DNA of 64,000 nucleotides from Barnesiella sp. GTDB lineage: Bacteria > Bacteroidota > Bacteroidia > Bacteroidales > Barnesiellaceae_A. The stretch spans positions 181 to 64,180 of the forward strand of contig JAZRIS010000027.1 in NCBI GenBank assembly GCA_045645425.1, read 5' to 3'. The position numbers and the translations under genes were made by a program. This document shows positions 18,850 through 28,724 of this stretch, one piece after another (the stretch's first letter is position 1; every line of letters begins with the position of its first letter). The notes under the pieces are model-generated. The model was not told the origin of the DNA and ran no database searches. It saw only the letters and a list, made by a program, of their open reading frames with translations.

Positions 18850-20238
18850 TTACTTAAAGAAAAATTTAACAATATCATTGGCATTGGCATAGATGAGCAA
18901 GCCAAACAAGAGGAACAAACCCACTGTTTGAGCTATCTCCAAGAACTTCTCGCTGGGCTTGCGACGTGTTATTACCTCAAACAAGAGGAAGAGCACATGA
19001 CCGCCATCGAGAGCAGGAATAGGGAGAATATTCATAAAAGCAAGAATTACCGAGAGAAAAGCGGTCATATTCCAGAATGAATACCAATCCCAAGAGGGAG
19101 CAAAAAGACTGCCTATCGAGCCAAATCCGCCAAGACTCTGGGCACCCTCTTTGGTGAATACATACTTAAAGTCACTCACATAGTTGGTCAGACGGCTCAC
19201 ACCTATCTCAATACCGCGAGGTATCGACTCGCCCAAACTATACTTTTGAGTAACAAAGGTATATACCTCGGCCAGCGGTGCCAATGTAACACCTATACGG
19301 CACAAAGAGTCGGTCATCACGGGAGCAGTCATAAGGCTGTCACCACGCATGAATGTGACATCGACCATTTGCGACTTATAGGGTGCAAGAGCCTGATGCA
19401 GCTCGGTCATAGAGGCAACGGCAGTAGTGTCAATGCGCACAATTCTATCGTCCTTGAGCATACCGGCGGCATGCGCTCCCAATCCCTCATCGGCAGCATA
19501 TACGATAGTGGGAACACGATAGGTAGCAAAACCCACATTCTGTTTCATAATCTTCAACATCATACTATCGTCGATGGCAACAGGCACTTGCACACCATTG
19601 CGCAAGACAGTCACCTCTTGAGCCTCGATAATGGCATGAAGTGTTTCGTTATTGAGATATTCGAGTTTCTCGCCATCGGCCGCCAAGATAATATCGCCAT
19701 TGCGAAATCCGCTATCCAAGGCCGGCTGGCTAAACTCCATACCGGCGGTTGCATTCTCAAAGGGCAAGTATGTTTCGCCCCAATGGAATGTTATAGCCGT
19801 ATAGATAATAATAGCAAGAATAAAGTTGAAGAGAACACCGGCAATCATCACCAAGAGTCGTTGCCAAGCGGGCTTGGAACGGAACTCCCAAGGTTGCATG
19901 GGCTGCTTCATCTGTTCGAGATCCATCGACTCGTCTATCATACCGGCTATTTTGACATATCCTCCAAAGGGAATCCAACCCACGCCAAACTCGGTATCGG
20001 AAGGCTTGGAAGCCCACATAGGGATGTCAAATCTCAACTTATCGCACACCTTGACAACAAGCGATTTGGCCTCGCGCTTGAAGCTGAGAAGGGCAAATTT
20101 ATAATCGAAAAACAAGAAAAAACGTTCGACCCTGATGCCAAACATGCGAGCAAAAATAAAGTGTCCGAACTCGTGAAAACCTACGAGTATCGAAAGGCTC
20201 AACATCAGTTGCAGGGCTTTGATAAAAAATGCTTCCAT
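18850..20238 (-). CDS. rseP: RIP site-2 metalloprotease RseP
   Basis: 462 aa. It has HEFGHF (HExxH) in TM1, PDZ-like middle domains and the C-terminal NILPIPALDGGH motif. Confidence 0.85.
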   Translation of the reverse strand: MEAFFIKALQLMLSLSILVGFHEFGHFIFARMFGIRVERFFLFFDYKFALLSFKREAKSLVVKVCDKLRFDIPMWASKPSDTEFGVGWIPFGGYVKIAGMIDESMDLEQMKQPMQPWEFRSKPAWQRLLVMIAGVLFNFILAIIIYTAITFHWGETYLPFENATAGMEFSQPALDSGFRNGDIILAADGEKLEYLNNETLHAIIEAQEVTVLRNGVQVPVAIDDSMMLKIMKQNVGFATYRVPTIVYAADEGLGAHAAGMLKDDRIVRIDTTAVASMTELHQALAPYKSQMVDVTFMRGDSLMTAPVMTDSLCRIGVTLAPLAEVYTFVTQKYSLGESIPRGIEIGVSRLTNYVSDFKYVFTKEGAQSLGGFGSIGSLFAPSWDWYSFWNMTAFLSVILAFMNILPIPALDGGHVLFLLFEVITRRKPSEKFLEIAQTVGLFLLFGLLIYANANDIVKFFFK

Positions 20239-20252
20239 ACTATGTTATATTG

Positions 20253-21419
20253 TTATTGAAGAGTGTCTATATAACGGCTTGCAATATTGCGAGCCTCGTT
20301 GTTGGTGGCCACATAGTCGTCGTATGTGGGCGATGGCAAAAATGCAGTTGCGCTCATGGTGTGTGCCACAGTCTGTGCAATGTGACAGAAGCCAATGCGG
20401 TCGGCCAAGAATGCAGCCACCGCTATCTCGTTGGCAGCATTCATGATGCAAGGCATGTTGCCCCCTCGCTCAATGGCATCAAAGGCATACTGCAAAAGCG
20501 GGAATCGTACCATATCGGGACGCTCAAAGGTAAGCGTTGCATAGTCGGCCAGCGAGAGCTTACGATCGGTCGATACAAGACGTTGGGGGTATGAGAGGGC
20601 ATAACGTATAGGCAACTTCATGTCGGGCGTGCCCAACTGGGCCTTAACAGCACCATCGGCAAACTCAACCATCGAGTGAATAATAGACTGCGGATGGACA
20701 ACAACTTCTATCTGCGAAGGCTCAACGCCAAAGAGCCATTTGGCCTCAATCATTTCAAAACCTTTGTTCATCAACGTTGCCGAGTCGATGGTAATCTTAT
20801 TGCCCATCTTCCAGTTGGGGTGACGCAAGGCATCGGCACGAGTAACAGTGAGCAACTGCTCTTGTGTGTGACAGCGGAAGGGGCCTCCCGAAGCCGTGAG
20901 AATAATCTTCTCAATGGGGTTGTCGCCCTCACCCACCAGACATTGAAAGATAGCCGAATGTTCCGAATCGACAGGAATGATGGGAACACGATGCTCAACA
21001 GCCAAGCGGGTAATGAGGTCGCCTGCAACAACCAATGTCTCTTTATTGGCAAGAGCAATAGTTTTCTTAGCCTCGATAGCGCGTATAGTAGGCAACAATC
21101 CGGCATAACCCACCATTGCAGTGACAACAATATCTATATCGGGCAAAGTAACAGCATCGGCAATAGCCTCGGCACCGGCATACACCTTGATAGGTAGGTC
21201 GGCAAGAGCCTCACGCAAAGTCGCATAGCGACTCTCATCGGCAATAATTACAACTTCGGGTTGATACTTGCGGGCTTGCTCGATAAGGAGCTCGATACTG
21301 CTGTTGGCAGTTATCATATATACCTCAAAAAGGTCGGGATAGGCATCAACCGTTTCCAATGTCTGACGACCTATCGAGCCTGTCGAGCCTAATATAGCCA
21401 ATCTTTTTTGTTGTTCCAT
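20253..21419 (-). CDS. dxr: 1-deoxy-D-xylulose-5-phosphate reductoisomerase
   Basis: 388 aa with ILGSTGSIG (NADPH site), PVDSEHSAIFQCL and NKGFEMIEA, which are canonical Dxr blocks. Confidence 0.95.
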   Translation of the reverse strand: MEQQKRLAILGSTGSIGRQTLETVDAYPDLFEVYMITANSSIELLIEQARKYQPEVVIIADESRYATLREALADLPIKVYAGAEAIADAVTLPDIDIVVTAMVGYAGLLPTIRAIEAKKTIALANKETLVVAGDLITRLAVEHRVPIIPVDSEHSAIFQCLVGEGDNPIEKIILTASGGPFRCHTQEQLLTVTRADALRHPNWKMGNKITIDSATLMNKGFEMIEAKWLFGVEPSQIEVVVHPQSIIHSMVEFADGAVKAQLGTPDMKLPIRYALSYPQRLVSTDRKLSLADYATLTFERPDMVRFPLLQYAFDAIERGGNMPCIMNAANEIAVAAFLADRIGFCHIAQTVAHTMSATAFLPSPTYDDYVATNNEARNIASRYIDTLQ

Positions 21420-21453
21420 GTTGTTATGAATAGTGCTTATTCGTTACAAACTA

Positions 21454-21461
21454 CAAAAGTA
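21454..21461 (-). promoter_or_regulatory. Putative -7 box TActTTTG for dxr
   Basis: Plus-strand caaaagta lies 34 nt upstream of the dxr ATG. Confidence 0.5.
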
Positions 21462-21796
21462 CACAAAATTTTTGGGATAAGAGCAAAGAGCCGAGCGAGT
21501 AAGACATCTTTTAAAAAAGTTTTTAAATTCGGAGGACGATTTTTGGGGGAAGAATGAGATAAAAAAAAATTGATTGCCTCTCGACAACCAATCTTCATTA
21601 ACCTTAATCTTAATTCTAATACTATGAAAAACACTCGGCAAAAGTAATCAAAAAACATGTTATATAACACCTTTTTACAATACAAAAAATCATCAAATTT
21701 TAATTATTTAACACAACAAGGTGTTTTTGATTACAATTTGAGACAATAAATAGCAAAAACAGATATAAAGATAAGGAAGCCCACGAAGTGGATGGA

Positions 21797-21919
21797 GGGG
21801 TGAAAAAATTATTTAACCCCTTCCCTCTGCGAGGACTTCCCCTATATTGCTTCGCAACACAGGCGCAGAAAATGTTACCTTCTCGACTTTACACATGCAA
21901 GGTGCTATATTTTTGCTCC
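21797..21919 (+). repeat. Intergenic repeat, copy 1 (about 120 nt)
   Basis: A 45-nt block, tgaaaaaattatttaaccccttccctctgcgaggacttcccctat (21801-21845), and a 45-nt block, ttaccttctcgactttacacatgcaaggtgctatatttttgctcc (21875-21919), are each identical to copy 2. They flank a 28-29-nt diverged core. The element ends in a plus-strand TAttTTTG box (21908-21915). Confidence 0.85.
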
Positions 21920-22115
21920 TCTGTGTTTTGCTGTGGCAAAATATAGGGGACTGTTGCGAATAAGCGAGAGCAGAGCTATGCTTGCATAAGCTATGCCGAG
22001 CGTGAGCAACTTGGTCGATAGACAAATGGCGCAACGCACCGGAGGGGTTTGGAAGTCACACAAACCGCCGTGTGAAACACGGGTCGAGGAGCAAAAGGCT
22101 ACCTACGTCAAGTGT

Positions 22116-22239
22116 GGGGGTTGAAAAAATTATTTAACCCCTTCCCTCTGCGAGGACTTCCCCTATCTCGTTTCACTCGCAGGGGCAGAAAAGGTTACCT
22201 TCTCGACTTTACACATGCAAGGTGCTATATTTTTGCTCC
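22116..22239 (+). repeat. Intergenic repeat, copy 2
   Basis: 22122-22166 equals 21801-21845, and 22195-22239 equals 21875-21919. A plus-strand TAttTTTG box lies at 22228-22235. Confidence 0.85.
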
Positions 22240-22345
22240 CATGCCCGAGGGGAGCTGTCGCCTTTGGCGACTGAGGGGTGGGAGAAATTACTTACCTTAT
22301 TTAAAATAACAAAATTACCTTCTAACCCCTCCGGCTTGGGGGCTG

Positions 22346-22440
22346 TGAAATCATTTAACCCCTTCCCTCAGCGAGGACTTCCCCTATATTGCTTCGCAAC
22401 GCAGGGGCAGAAAAGGTTACCTACACCAAGTGGGTGGGGG
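22346..22440 (+). repeat. Intergenic repeat, copy 3 (partial or rearranged)
   Basis: tgaaatcatttaaccccttccctcagcgaggacttcccctatattgcttcgcaacgcaggggcagaaaaggttacct matches the copy 1 left block plus core. It then switches to ggttacctacaccaagtgggtggggg, a module also found at 22097-22120. Confidence 0.75.
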
Positions 22441-22569
22441 TGATATCGTGTGAAACACGGGTTGATGGTAATATTTTCCTCCTCTGTGTTTGCGTAAGCA
22501 AATCCCTACGGGCAGAGGAGCAAAAGATTACTCTAACCCTGTGCCGGCTTGTGATAAAGCGACTTCCTA

Positions 22570-25158
22570 TTAATTGGCAAACGTAAGTGTGCCTTCGTTG
22601 GCATCGACTATGATGGGTCGTGTATTGTCGAGTGTTCCCGATAGTATTTGTTTGGAGAGGGTGTTGAGCAGTTGTCGTTGTATGACACGCTTGACGGGTC
22701 GTGCTCCAAACTCGGGGTCGTAGCCCTCTTGCGAGAGCAAAGCAAGTGCTTGCGGTGTGACTTGCAGTTGTACTCCGTTCTTGGCAAGCATGCGACAAAC
22801 GTTGTCTATGTGCAGATGCACTATCTCTTGTATCTCACTCTCACTCAACGGCATGAACATGATAGTATCGTCGATACGATTGAGAAATTCGGGACGAACG
22901 GTCTGCTTGAGCATATTCAATACCGCCTCGCGAGTAGTGTCTATAACCTGTTGGCGATTGTCGGCCGTGATGCGCGAGAAATTGTCGCGAATGAGTTGCG
23001 AGCCCATGTTTGAGGTCATGATGATAATCGTATTCTTGAAATTGACCAATCGGCCTTTATTGTCGGTGAGGCGACCATCATCGAGCACTTGCAACAAGAC
23101 GTTGAATATATCGGGGTGTGCTTTCTCTATCTCATCAAACAGCACCACCGAATAGGGCTTGCGACGGATGGCCTCGGTGAGCTGTCCGCCCTCATCGTAA
23201 CCCACATATCCGGGAGGAGAGCCAATGAGTCGTGTAGCACTGAATTTCTCCTGATACTCACTCATGTCGATGCGAGTGAGCATATTTTCGTCGTCAAAAA
23301 GATACTCTGCCAAGGCCTTTGCCAACTCGGTCTTGCCCACGCCGGTAGTACCCAAGAAGATAAATGAGCCAATGGGGCGACGAGGGTCGTTGAGTCCGGC
23401 ACGACTGCGACGCACAGCATCGGAAATGGCACGGATAGCCTCGTCTTGCCCTACGACACGACGATGTAGTTCCTCTTCGAGGTGCAAGAGTTTTTCTCTC
23501 TCGCTCTGGAGCATCTTGCTCACGGGAATTCCCGTCCATCGAGCCACAATATCGGCAATATCCTCGGCATCTACCTCCTCTTTAATCATAGCCTTGTCGC
23601 CCTGCATTTCGTGCAGACGAGCTTGCACCTCAACGATTTCGTCTTCCTTCTGTTTTATCTTGGCATAACGTATCTCGGCCACACGACCATAGTCGCCCTC
23701 CCGCTCGGCACGGTCGGCCTCAAAACGCAGGTTTTCTATCTCTATTTTGTTTTGTTGAATGCGATTGAGCAACTCCTTCTCGGCCTTCCACTTGGCTTGC
23801 AATCGTGTTTCGTCCTCGCGCAAGTCGGCAATCTCGCGACCGAGCGAATCGAGTTTATCCTTGTCATTTTCACGTTTAATCGCCTCACGCTCAATCTCAA
23901 GTTGCTTGAGTTTGCGACTAATCTCGTCGAGCGATTCGGGCACAGAATCAACCTCCAAACGCAACTTGGCAGCCGCCTCGTCCATGAGGTCGATGGCCTT
24001 GTCTGGCAAAAAACGGTCGGTAATGTAGCGTTGCGAGAGTTGTACGGCAGCAATGATAGCATCGTCTTTGATGCGCACCTTGTGATGATTTTCGTAACGC
24101 TCTTTGAGTCCGCGCAAGATAGATATAGTGCTCAACTCGTCGGGCTCATCCACCATCACTATCTGGAAACGACGTTCCAAGGCCTTGTCCTTCTCAAAGT
24201 ACTTTTGATACTCATTGAGCGTGGTAGCACCTATCGAGCGCAACTCACCACGCGCCAATGCAGGCTTGAGAATATTGGCGGCATCCATAGCCCCCTCGCC
24301 CTTGCCGGCACCCACCAGCGTGTGTATCTCGTCGATAAAGAGAATAATCTCACCATCGGCCTCTACCACTTCATTGACAACAGCTTTGAGTCGCTCCTCA
24401 AACTCGCCTTTGTACTTGGCACCGGCCACCAAGGCACCCATATCAAGCGAGAATATTTGCTTGGTTTTGAGATTTTCGGGCACATCTCCACGCACAATGC
24501 GATGAGCCAATCCCTCGGCAATAGCAGTCTTACCCGTACCCGGCTCGCCAATGAGTATGGGATTGTTCTTGGTGCGACGACTCAATATCTGAAGGACACG
24601 GCGTATCTCGTCGTCACGACCTATAACGGGGTCTAACTTTCCGGTACGCGCACGCTCGTTGAGATTGACAGCATATTTCGAGAGAGCATTGTAGCTACCT
24701 TCGGCACCCTGTTCGGTCACATTCTTGCCTCTACGCAGCTCGTCGATAGCCGCTCCGAGTTCCTTCTCGGTGACACCGGCATCCTTGAGGTAAGTAGAAG
24801 CCTCACTCTTGACAAGGAAGAGCGCCATGAGCAACGATTCGAGAGCCACAAAACGGTCGTTCTGCCGAGTAGAGTATTCGGTGGCACGTTGCAATACGTT
24901 GTTACATTCGCAACTCAAATAGGGCTCACCCCCACTCACACGAGGTTGTGCCGATATAGAGCGTTCGCACCATTGCACTACCGATTGCTTATTAACACCA
25001 AGTTTGTTGAAAATAAAATCTACCAGACTATCGCCCACCACAATAACGGCACGCAACAGATGCACCGGCTCTACCGATTGGCAACCGGCATGTGTGGTAT
25101 ATTCGACAGCCTTGTGTATAGCCTCTTGCGACTTGATTGTGAAATTGTTGAAGTTCAT
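22570..25158 (-). CDS. clpB: ATP-dependent chaperone (disaggregase) ClpB
   Basis: 862 aa with two AAA+ modules (GEPGTGKT and GTTGVGKT), a long middle coiled coil and a Clp N-domain. Confidence 0.95.
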   Translation of the reverse strand: MNFNNFTIKSQEAIHKAVEYTTHAGCQSVEPVHLLRAVIVVGDSLVDFIFNKLGVNKQSVVQWCERSISAQPRVSGGEPYLSCECNNVLQRATEYSTRQNDRFVALESLLMALFLVKSEASTYLKDAGVTEKELGAAIDELRRGKNVTEQGAEGSYNALSKYAVNLNERARTGKLDPVIGRDDEIRRVLQILSRRTKNNPILIGEPGTGKTAIAEGLAHRIVRGDVPENLKTKQIFSLDMGALVAGAKYKGEFEERLKAVVNEVVEADGEIILFIDEIHTLVGAGKGEGAMDAANILKPALARGELRSIGATTLNEYQKYFEKDKALERRFQIVMVDEPDELSTISILRGLKERYENHHKVRIKDDAIIAAVQLSQRYITDRFLPDKAIDLMDEAAAKLRLEVDSVPESLDEISRKLKQLEIEREAIKRENDKDKLDSLGREIADLREDETRLQAKWKAEKELLNRIQQNKIEIENLRFEADRAEREGDYGRVAEIRYAKIKQKEDEIVEVQARLHEMQGDKAMIKEEVDAEDIADIVARWTGIPVSKMLQSEREKLLHLEEELHRRVVGQDEAIRAISDAVRRSRAGLNDPRRPIGSFIFLGTTGVGKTELAKALAEYLFDDENMLTRIDMSEYQEKFSATRLIGSPPGYVGYDEGGQLTEAIRRKPYSVVLFDEIEKAHPDIFNVLLQVLDDGRLTDNKGRLVNFKNTIIIMTSNMGSQLIRDNFSRITADNRQQVIDTTREAVLNMLKQTVRPEFLNRIDDTIMFMPLSESEIQEIVHLHIDNVCRMLAKNGVQLQVTPQALALLSQEGYDPEFGARPVKRVIQRQLLNTLSKQILSGTLDNTRPIIVDANEGTLTFAN

Positions 25159-25412
25159 TTGCTATATCTCCTTTCTACATTATCTACATGACAGTATATA
25201 TAAAACACATCGGATATGTCGATGTTCGATATAATTATTTCAAAAGAAATACCACGTTTGCAAACAAGACAAAATGTCTTGATAACCAATATATTACAAG
25301 ACAAAATTGCAGTAATACGAGTCATTTTGTCACATTCACATGGGCAAATATCGACAATATTGCTTACCTTCGCACCAAGAAACAATACCCTATAACAAAC
25401 AACCCTATTGAG

Positions 25413-26012
25413 ATGAAAAATTTTTGCTATGCCCTATTGCTATTATTGTGCGTAGGATGCACCACCAACAACACACCTCGCGAAGGCGATATTATCTTCA
25501 TAACAGACAAGCACAACCTACCCACACACTTGGGACAAGAAACGCCGTTACTCATGAACCACTGCGGTGTGATTGTTGTCAAAGAAGATGGCATGTATGT
25601 ATTGCATGTCAATAGAAAAGTAATGCTCACCCCTCTCGGCACATTTATCCGTAGCGGTATCAAGTCGCAATATGCTATCATGCGAGCCACAAATAAGAAG
25701 GTGAAGATTGATAGCGACAAGTACCTACACAAAGATGACGACATATTGTTATTGCCCGACAACGATGAATACTACAACTCGGAACTTGTATATGAGATAT
25801 ACAAGAACGACATGGGCATAGAGTTGTGTCAGCCACGCATGGTCAAGGAGCACGATGTGTCGGAAATGATATATTTTTCAAATAAATATTACGTCAAGCC
25901 CAATAATCCTATCATTACCACCACCGACCTGTACAACTCCAAGGAGTTGAAACTTGTGCAAACACATGAAGATAGGATAAAAAAGATAAAAGAGGCCAAG
26001 AAACAAGAATAA
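25413..26012 (+). CDS. YiiX-like permuted papain-fold lipoprotein, possibly catalytically inactive
   Basis: Start at MKNFCYALLLLLCVGC (lipobox). EGDIIFIT, NHCGVIV and DNDEYYNSELVYEIYKN line up with the GDIIF, SHTG and YCSEVV blocks of E. coli YiiX as I recall them. The Cys position reads Asn. The upstream 75 codons of the listed ORF lie in the promoter region. Confidence 0.5.
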   Translation: MKNFCYALLLLLCVGCTTNNTPREGDIIFITDKHNLPTHLGQETPLLMNHCGVIVVKEDGMYVLHVNRKVMLTPLGTFIRSGIKSQYAIMRATNKKVKIDSDKYLHKDDDILLLPDNDEYYNSELVYEIYKNDMGIELCQPRMVKEHDVSEMIYFSNKYYVKPNNPIITTTDLYNSKELKLVQTHEDRIKKIKEAKKQE

Positions 26013-26021
26013 GACATACAC

Positions 26022-26061
26022 AAAAACGCTGTGCCACCGATACGGAGCACAGCGTTTTTTT
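26022..26061. terminator. Bidirectional terminator between the lipoprotein gene and aguB
   Basis: The sequence aaaaacgctgtgc / loop / gcacagcgttttttt forms a perfect 9-bp GC-rich stem (26026-26034 with 26047-26055), flanked by an A-run and a T-run. Confidence 0.7.
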
Positions 26062-26118
26062 GTGTGTATAATGGGGGGGGTATCGTCACACATTTGTGTG
26101 ACGATGGGGAGAGGTAAA

Positions 26119-27006
26119 TCAATCTCTGAAACGCTTGACAATATCGCCATAATTCTCGATGCGGCGGTCGCGCAAGAAAGGCCACCAACGGCGCACTTGC
26201 TCGCTACGAGTCATATCCACCTCGATAACGGTAGTGCAAGGCTCATTGTCGGGAGCCAAGAAGAGCAACTCACCTTGAGGTCCGGCGACAAAGCTATGCC
26301 CCCAGAACTGAATACCGCGAGTTTGCCCCGAAGGGTCGGGCTCATGCCCCACACGATTGACAGTAATAACGGGCAAACCATTGGCAACGGCGTGGCCACG
26401 TTGCACAGTTTCCCACGCACCTTGCTGACGAGCTTTCTCGGCATCGGTGTCGCTGCTCTCCCAGCCTATGGCAGTAGGATAAATGAGTAACTCGGCACCA
26501 CGCAAAGCCATCAGACGGGCAGCCTCGGGATACCATTGATCCCAGCACACCAATACGCCCAATTTGCCCAACGAAGTAGAAATAGGCTCAAAGCCCAAAT
26601 CGCCGGGAGTAAAATAGAATTTCTCGTAATAAGCCGGATCGTCGGGGATGTGCATCTTGCGATATTTACCGGCCATAGAGCCATCGGTATCAAATACCAC
26701 AGCCGTATTGTGATACAGACCGGGGGCACGACGCTCAAAGAGCGATGTTACCAATACGATGCCACAATCGCAAGCAATGCGGGCATAGAAGTCGGTAGAA
26801 GGGCCGGGAATAGGCTCGGCAAGATCAAAGAGGTCGGTATTCTCGGTTTGGCAGAAGTACAACGAATTGTGCAATTCTTGCAACACGACAAGTTGTGCGC
26901 CTTGCTTGGCACAACGTTCTATGGATGCACGCAAGGATGCTTTATTTTGTTCTATATCGGCAGTGTTACTTTGTTGAACAATGCCTACTTTCAGTATTTT
27001 ACTCAT
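26119..27006 (-). CDS. aguB: N-carbamoylputrescine amidase (nitrilase superfamily)
   Basis: 295 aa with the CN-hydrolase E-K-C triad context (VVLQELH, YRKMHIPD, GVLVCWDQWYPE). It lies directly downstream of aguA. Confidence 0.85.
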   Translation of the reverse strand: MSKILKVGIVQQSNTADIEQNKASLRASIERCAKQGAQLVVLQELHNSLYFCQTENTDLFDLAEPIPGPSTDFYARIACDCGIVLVTSLFERRAPGLYHNTAVVFDTDGSMAGKYRKMHIPDDPAYYEKFYFTPGDLGFEPISTSLGKLGVLVCWDQWYPEAARLMALRGAELLIYPTAIGWESSDTDAEKARQQGAWETVQRGHAVANGLPVITVNRVGHEPDPSGQTRGIQFWGHSFVAGPQGELLFLAPDNEPCTTVIEVDMTRSEQVRRWWPFLRDRRIENYGDIVKRFRD

Positions 27007-27018
27007 GATAAGTTTTTT

Positions 27019-28053
27019 TTATTGTATCACATCAGATGGATATTGCATAGTAACACAGTGCAACGAGCCATGTTGTTGAATGAGCGCTTGGCAATCTATG
27101 CCCACCACTTCACGACCGGGGAATGCCTCGGCAATGACACGAGCCGCCTCGCTGTCGAGTGCAGGTACACCATAAGTAGGTAGCAAGACAGCATCGTTGA
27201 GAATGAGGAAATTGGCATAAGTAGCCGGCAATCGCTCACCATCATTGTCATAGGCAGCCTGAGCCATGGGAAGAGGCATGAGTTTATAGGGCCGGCCATC
27301 GAGGGTGGTAAACGTCATCAACTGTTGCTCCATGGCACGCAGAGCATCATAATGCTCGTCATTCTCATCGGTACATTTCACATAGAGTATAGTGTTGTCG
27401 GGAGCCAATCGAGCTAAAGTATCTATGTGACTATCGGTGTCATCGCCCGCCAAGTAGCCATGGTCGAGCCACAGAATTTGAGAGAGTCCAAAGGCTTCAC
27501 GCAGATATTGCTCAATGTGCTCCTTGCCCCACTCTCCATTGCGATTGGGCGACAAGAGGCACTCGCTTGTAGTGAGCATCACGCCCTCGCCATCGCTCTC
27601 GATAGAGCCACCTTCAATAATAAAGTTGAGCCTATTCTGATAGCGGGCATGGAATATACCCAAGTTGTTGAGGTGCGAGGTAATAAGATTGTCGTGGCAA
27701 GCCGCAAACTTGAGTCCCCAACCATTGAAGGCAAAGTCGTAAACAAGAGGCTCACCATCGGCCATGACCGTAATACCGCCATGATCGCGAGCCCATGTGT
27801 CATTGGTGAGGCACTCTACAAAACGCACATTATCCGTATTGACAACAGGAGCAATGCGCTTGCGCACCGCCTCAACCTCGGGAGTGACGATGAGCAACAG
27901 TTGTCGCGAGGCAATCTCACGGGCAATGTTTACAAAGCACTCTTCCACCTCATCAAGCATATAAGCCCAATCGGTGTTTTTATGAGGCCAAGTAAGTTGA
28001 ATGGCACTTTGAGGTGCCCACTCGGCAGGAAGTACTATATGGGGTGTTTTCAT
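27019..28053 (-). CDS. aguA: Agmatine deiminase
   Basis: 344 aa. LPAEWAPQSAIQLTWPH, DTWARDHGGI and the C-terminal GSLHCVTMQ (catalytic Cys) are typical of the agmatine deiminase / PPAD family. Confidence 0.85.
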   Translation of the reverse strand: MKTPHIVLPAEWAPQSAIQLTWPHKNTDWAYMLDEVEECFVNIAREIASRQLLLIVTPEVEAVRKRIAPVVNTDNVRFVECLTNDTWARDHGGITVMADGEPLVYDFAFNGWGLKFAACHDNLITSHLNNLGIFHARYQNRLNFIIEGGSIESDGEGVMLTTSECLLSPNRNGEWGKEHIEQYLREAFGLSQILWLDHGYLAGDDTDSHIDTLARLAPDNTILYVKCTDENDEHYDALRAMEQQLMTFTTLDGRPYKLMPLPMAQAAYDNDGERLPATYANFLILNDAVLLPTYGVPALDSEAARVIAEAFPGREVVGIDCQALIQQHGSLHCVTMQYPSDVIQ

Positions 28054-28056
28054 TAT

Positions 28057-28593
28057 TCAACGAGATTGACGGTCGAAGAAAGGATTTTTGGAGGTACAAC
28101 TCAATGCAATAGAGATAACTTGCGTGCACCCGGGCAACCAATCGAGCGACAAAGAAGACCAACCGGCCGAGAACATGACACGCGTATCGACACAAAGTGT
28201 AGAAGCAACAGAGCAAGCCGAGCCGACAGCGATACCCAAATCGACCGAGTTCATCACGCAAGGAGCCATGAGGGGCTTATCGACACACTTTTCGCAACCG
28301 CAGTATGCACAATTAAGGCCTTGATTGAGAACAGGCGTACCTATGAGCAAGACGGCATCGCCTTGCAATATATTCTCGGCATCGCGCAATAGAAATTGCA
28401 TACCACTCTCCTCGCCTTTCTGTCGCATCACGGCGGCAAGTTTCTCAAGGTCATCACGCTCGCTCACCAATGCAATCTCAATAATATCTACACCACGCGC
28501 CTTGGGGGCAGTGCGGGCAGCCATCATCATGCGACGACCGGCCTCTACCACAAGTTCGTGACGTACTATGCGTTCATTTTGTACCATAATCAT
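28057..28593 (-). CDS. DUF2148-like ferredoxin-fold protein with a Cys cluster
   Basis: 178 aa. AARTAPKARGVD and CAYCGCEKC resemble DUF2148 as I recall it. The gap to aguA is 3 nt. Confidence 0.6.
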   Translation of the reverse strand: MIMVQNERIVRHELVVEAGRRMMMAARTAPKARGVDIIEIALVSERDDLEKLAAVMRQKGEESGMQFLLRDAENILQGDAVLLIGTPVLNQGLNCAYCGCEKCVDKPLMAPCVMNSVDLGIAVGSACSVASTLCVDTRVMFSAGWSSLSLDWLPGCTQVISIALSCTSKNPFFDRQSR

Positions 28594-28724
28594 TGTTTTT
28601 TGTGAGGGTAAAGATACGACAATTTGTTGAAAGATAAAATATCGCGATAGTCAATAGCGCAAAATAAATCGCCACAAGGCGATAAAGCCCCATGGCGATT
28701 TGCTGTATATTGTTCTATGCTATA

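Noticed and set aside
21797-22440. I considered whether the three spaced repeats are a CRISPR array.
   Set aside because: The repeat units are about 80-120 nt, far longer than the 25-40 nt of CRISPR repeats. Spacings are irregular (about 321 and 224 nt), the units are mosaic rather than identical, and no cas genes are present.
21813-22443. Listed ORFs lie inside the repeat field (21813..22034 minus, 22112..22309 plus, 22222..22443 plus, 22421..22798 minus).
   Set aside because: Their similarity to each other (for example KKLFNPFPLRGLPL against KSFNPFPQRGLPL) simply follows the DNA repeats. Frames are not preserved between copies, and the compositions are Arg/Cys/Pro-rich and implausible for proteins.
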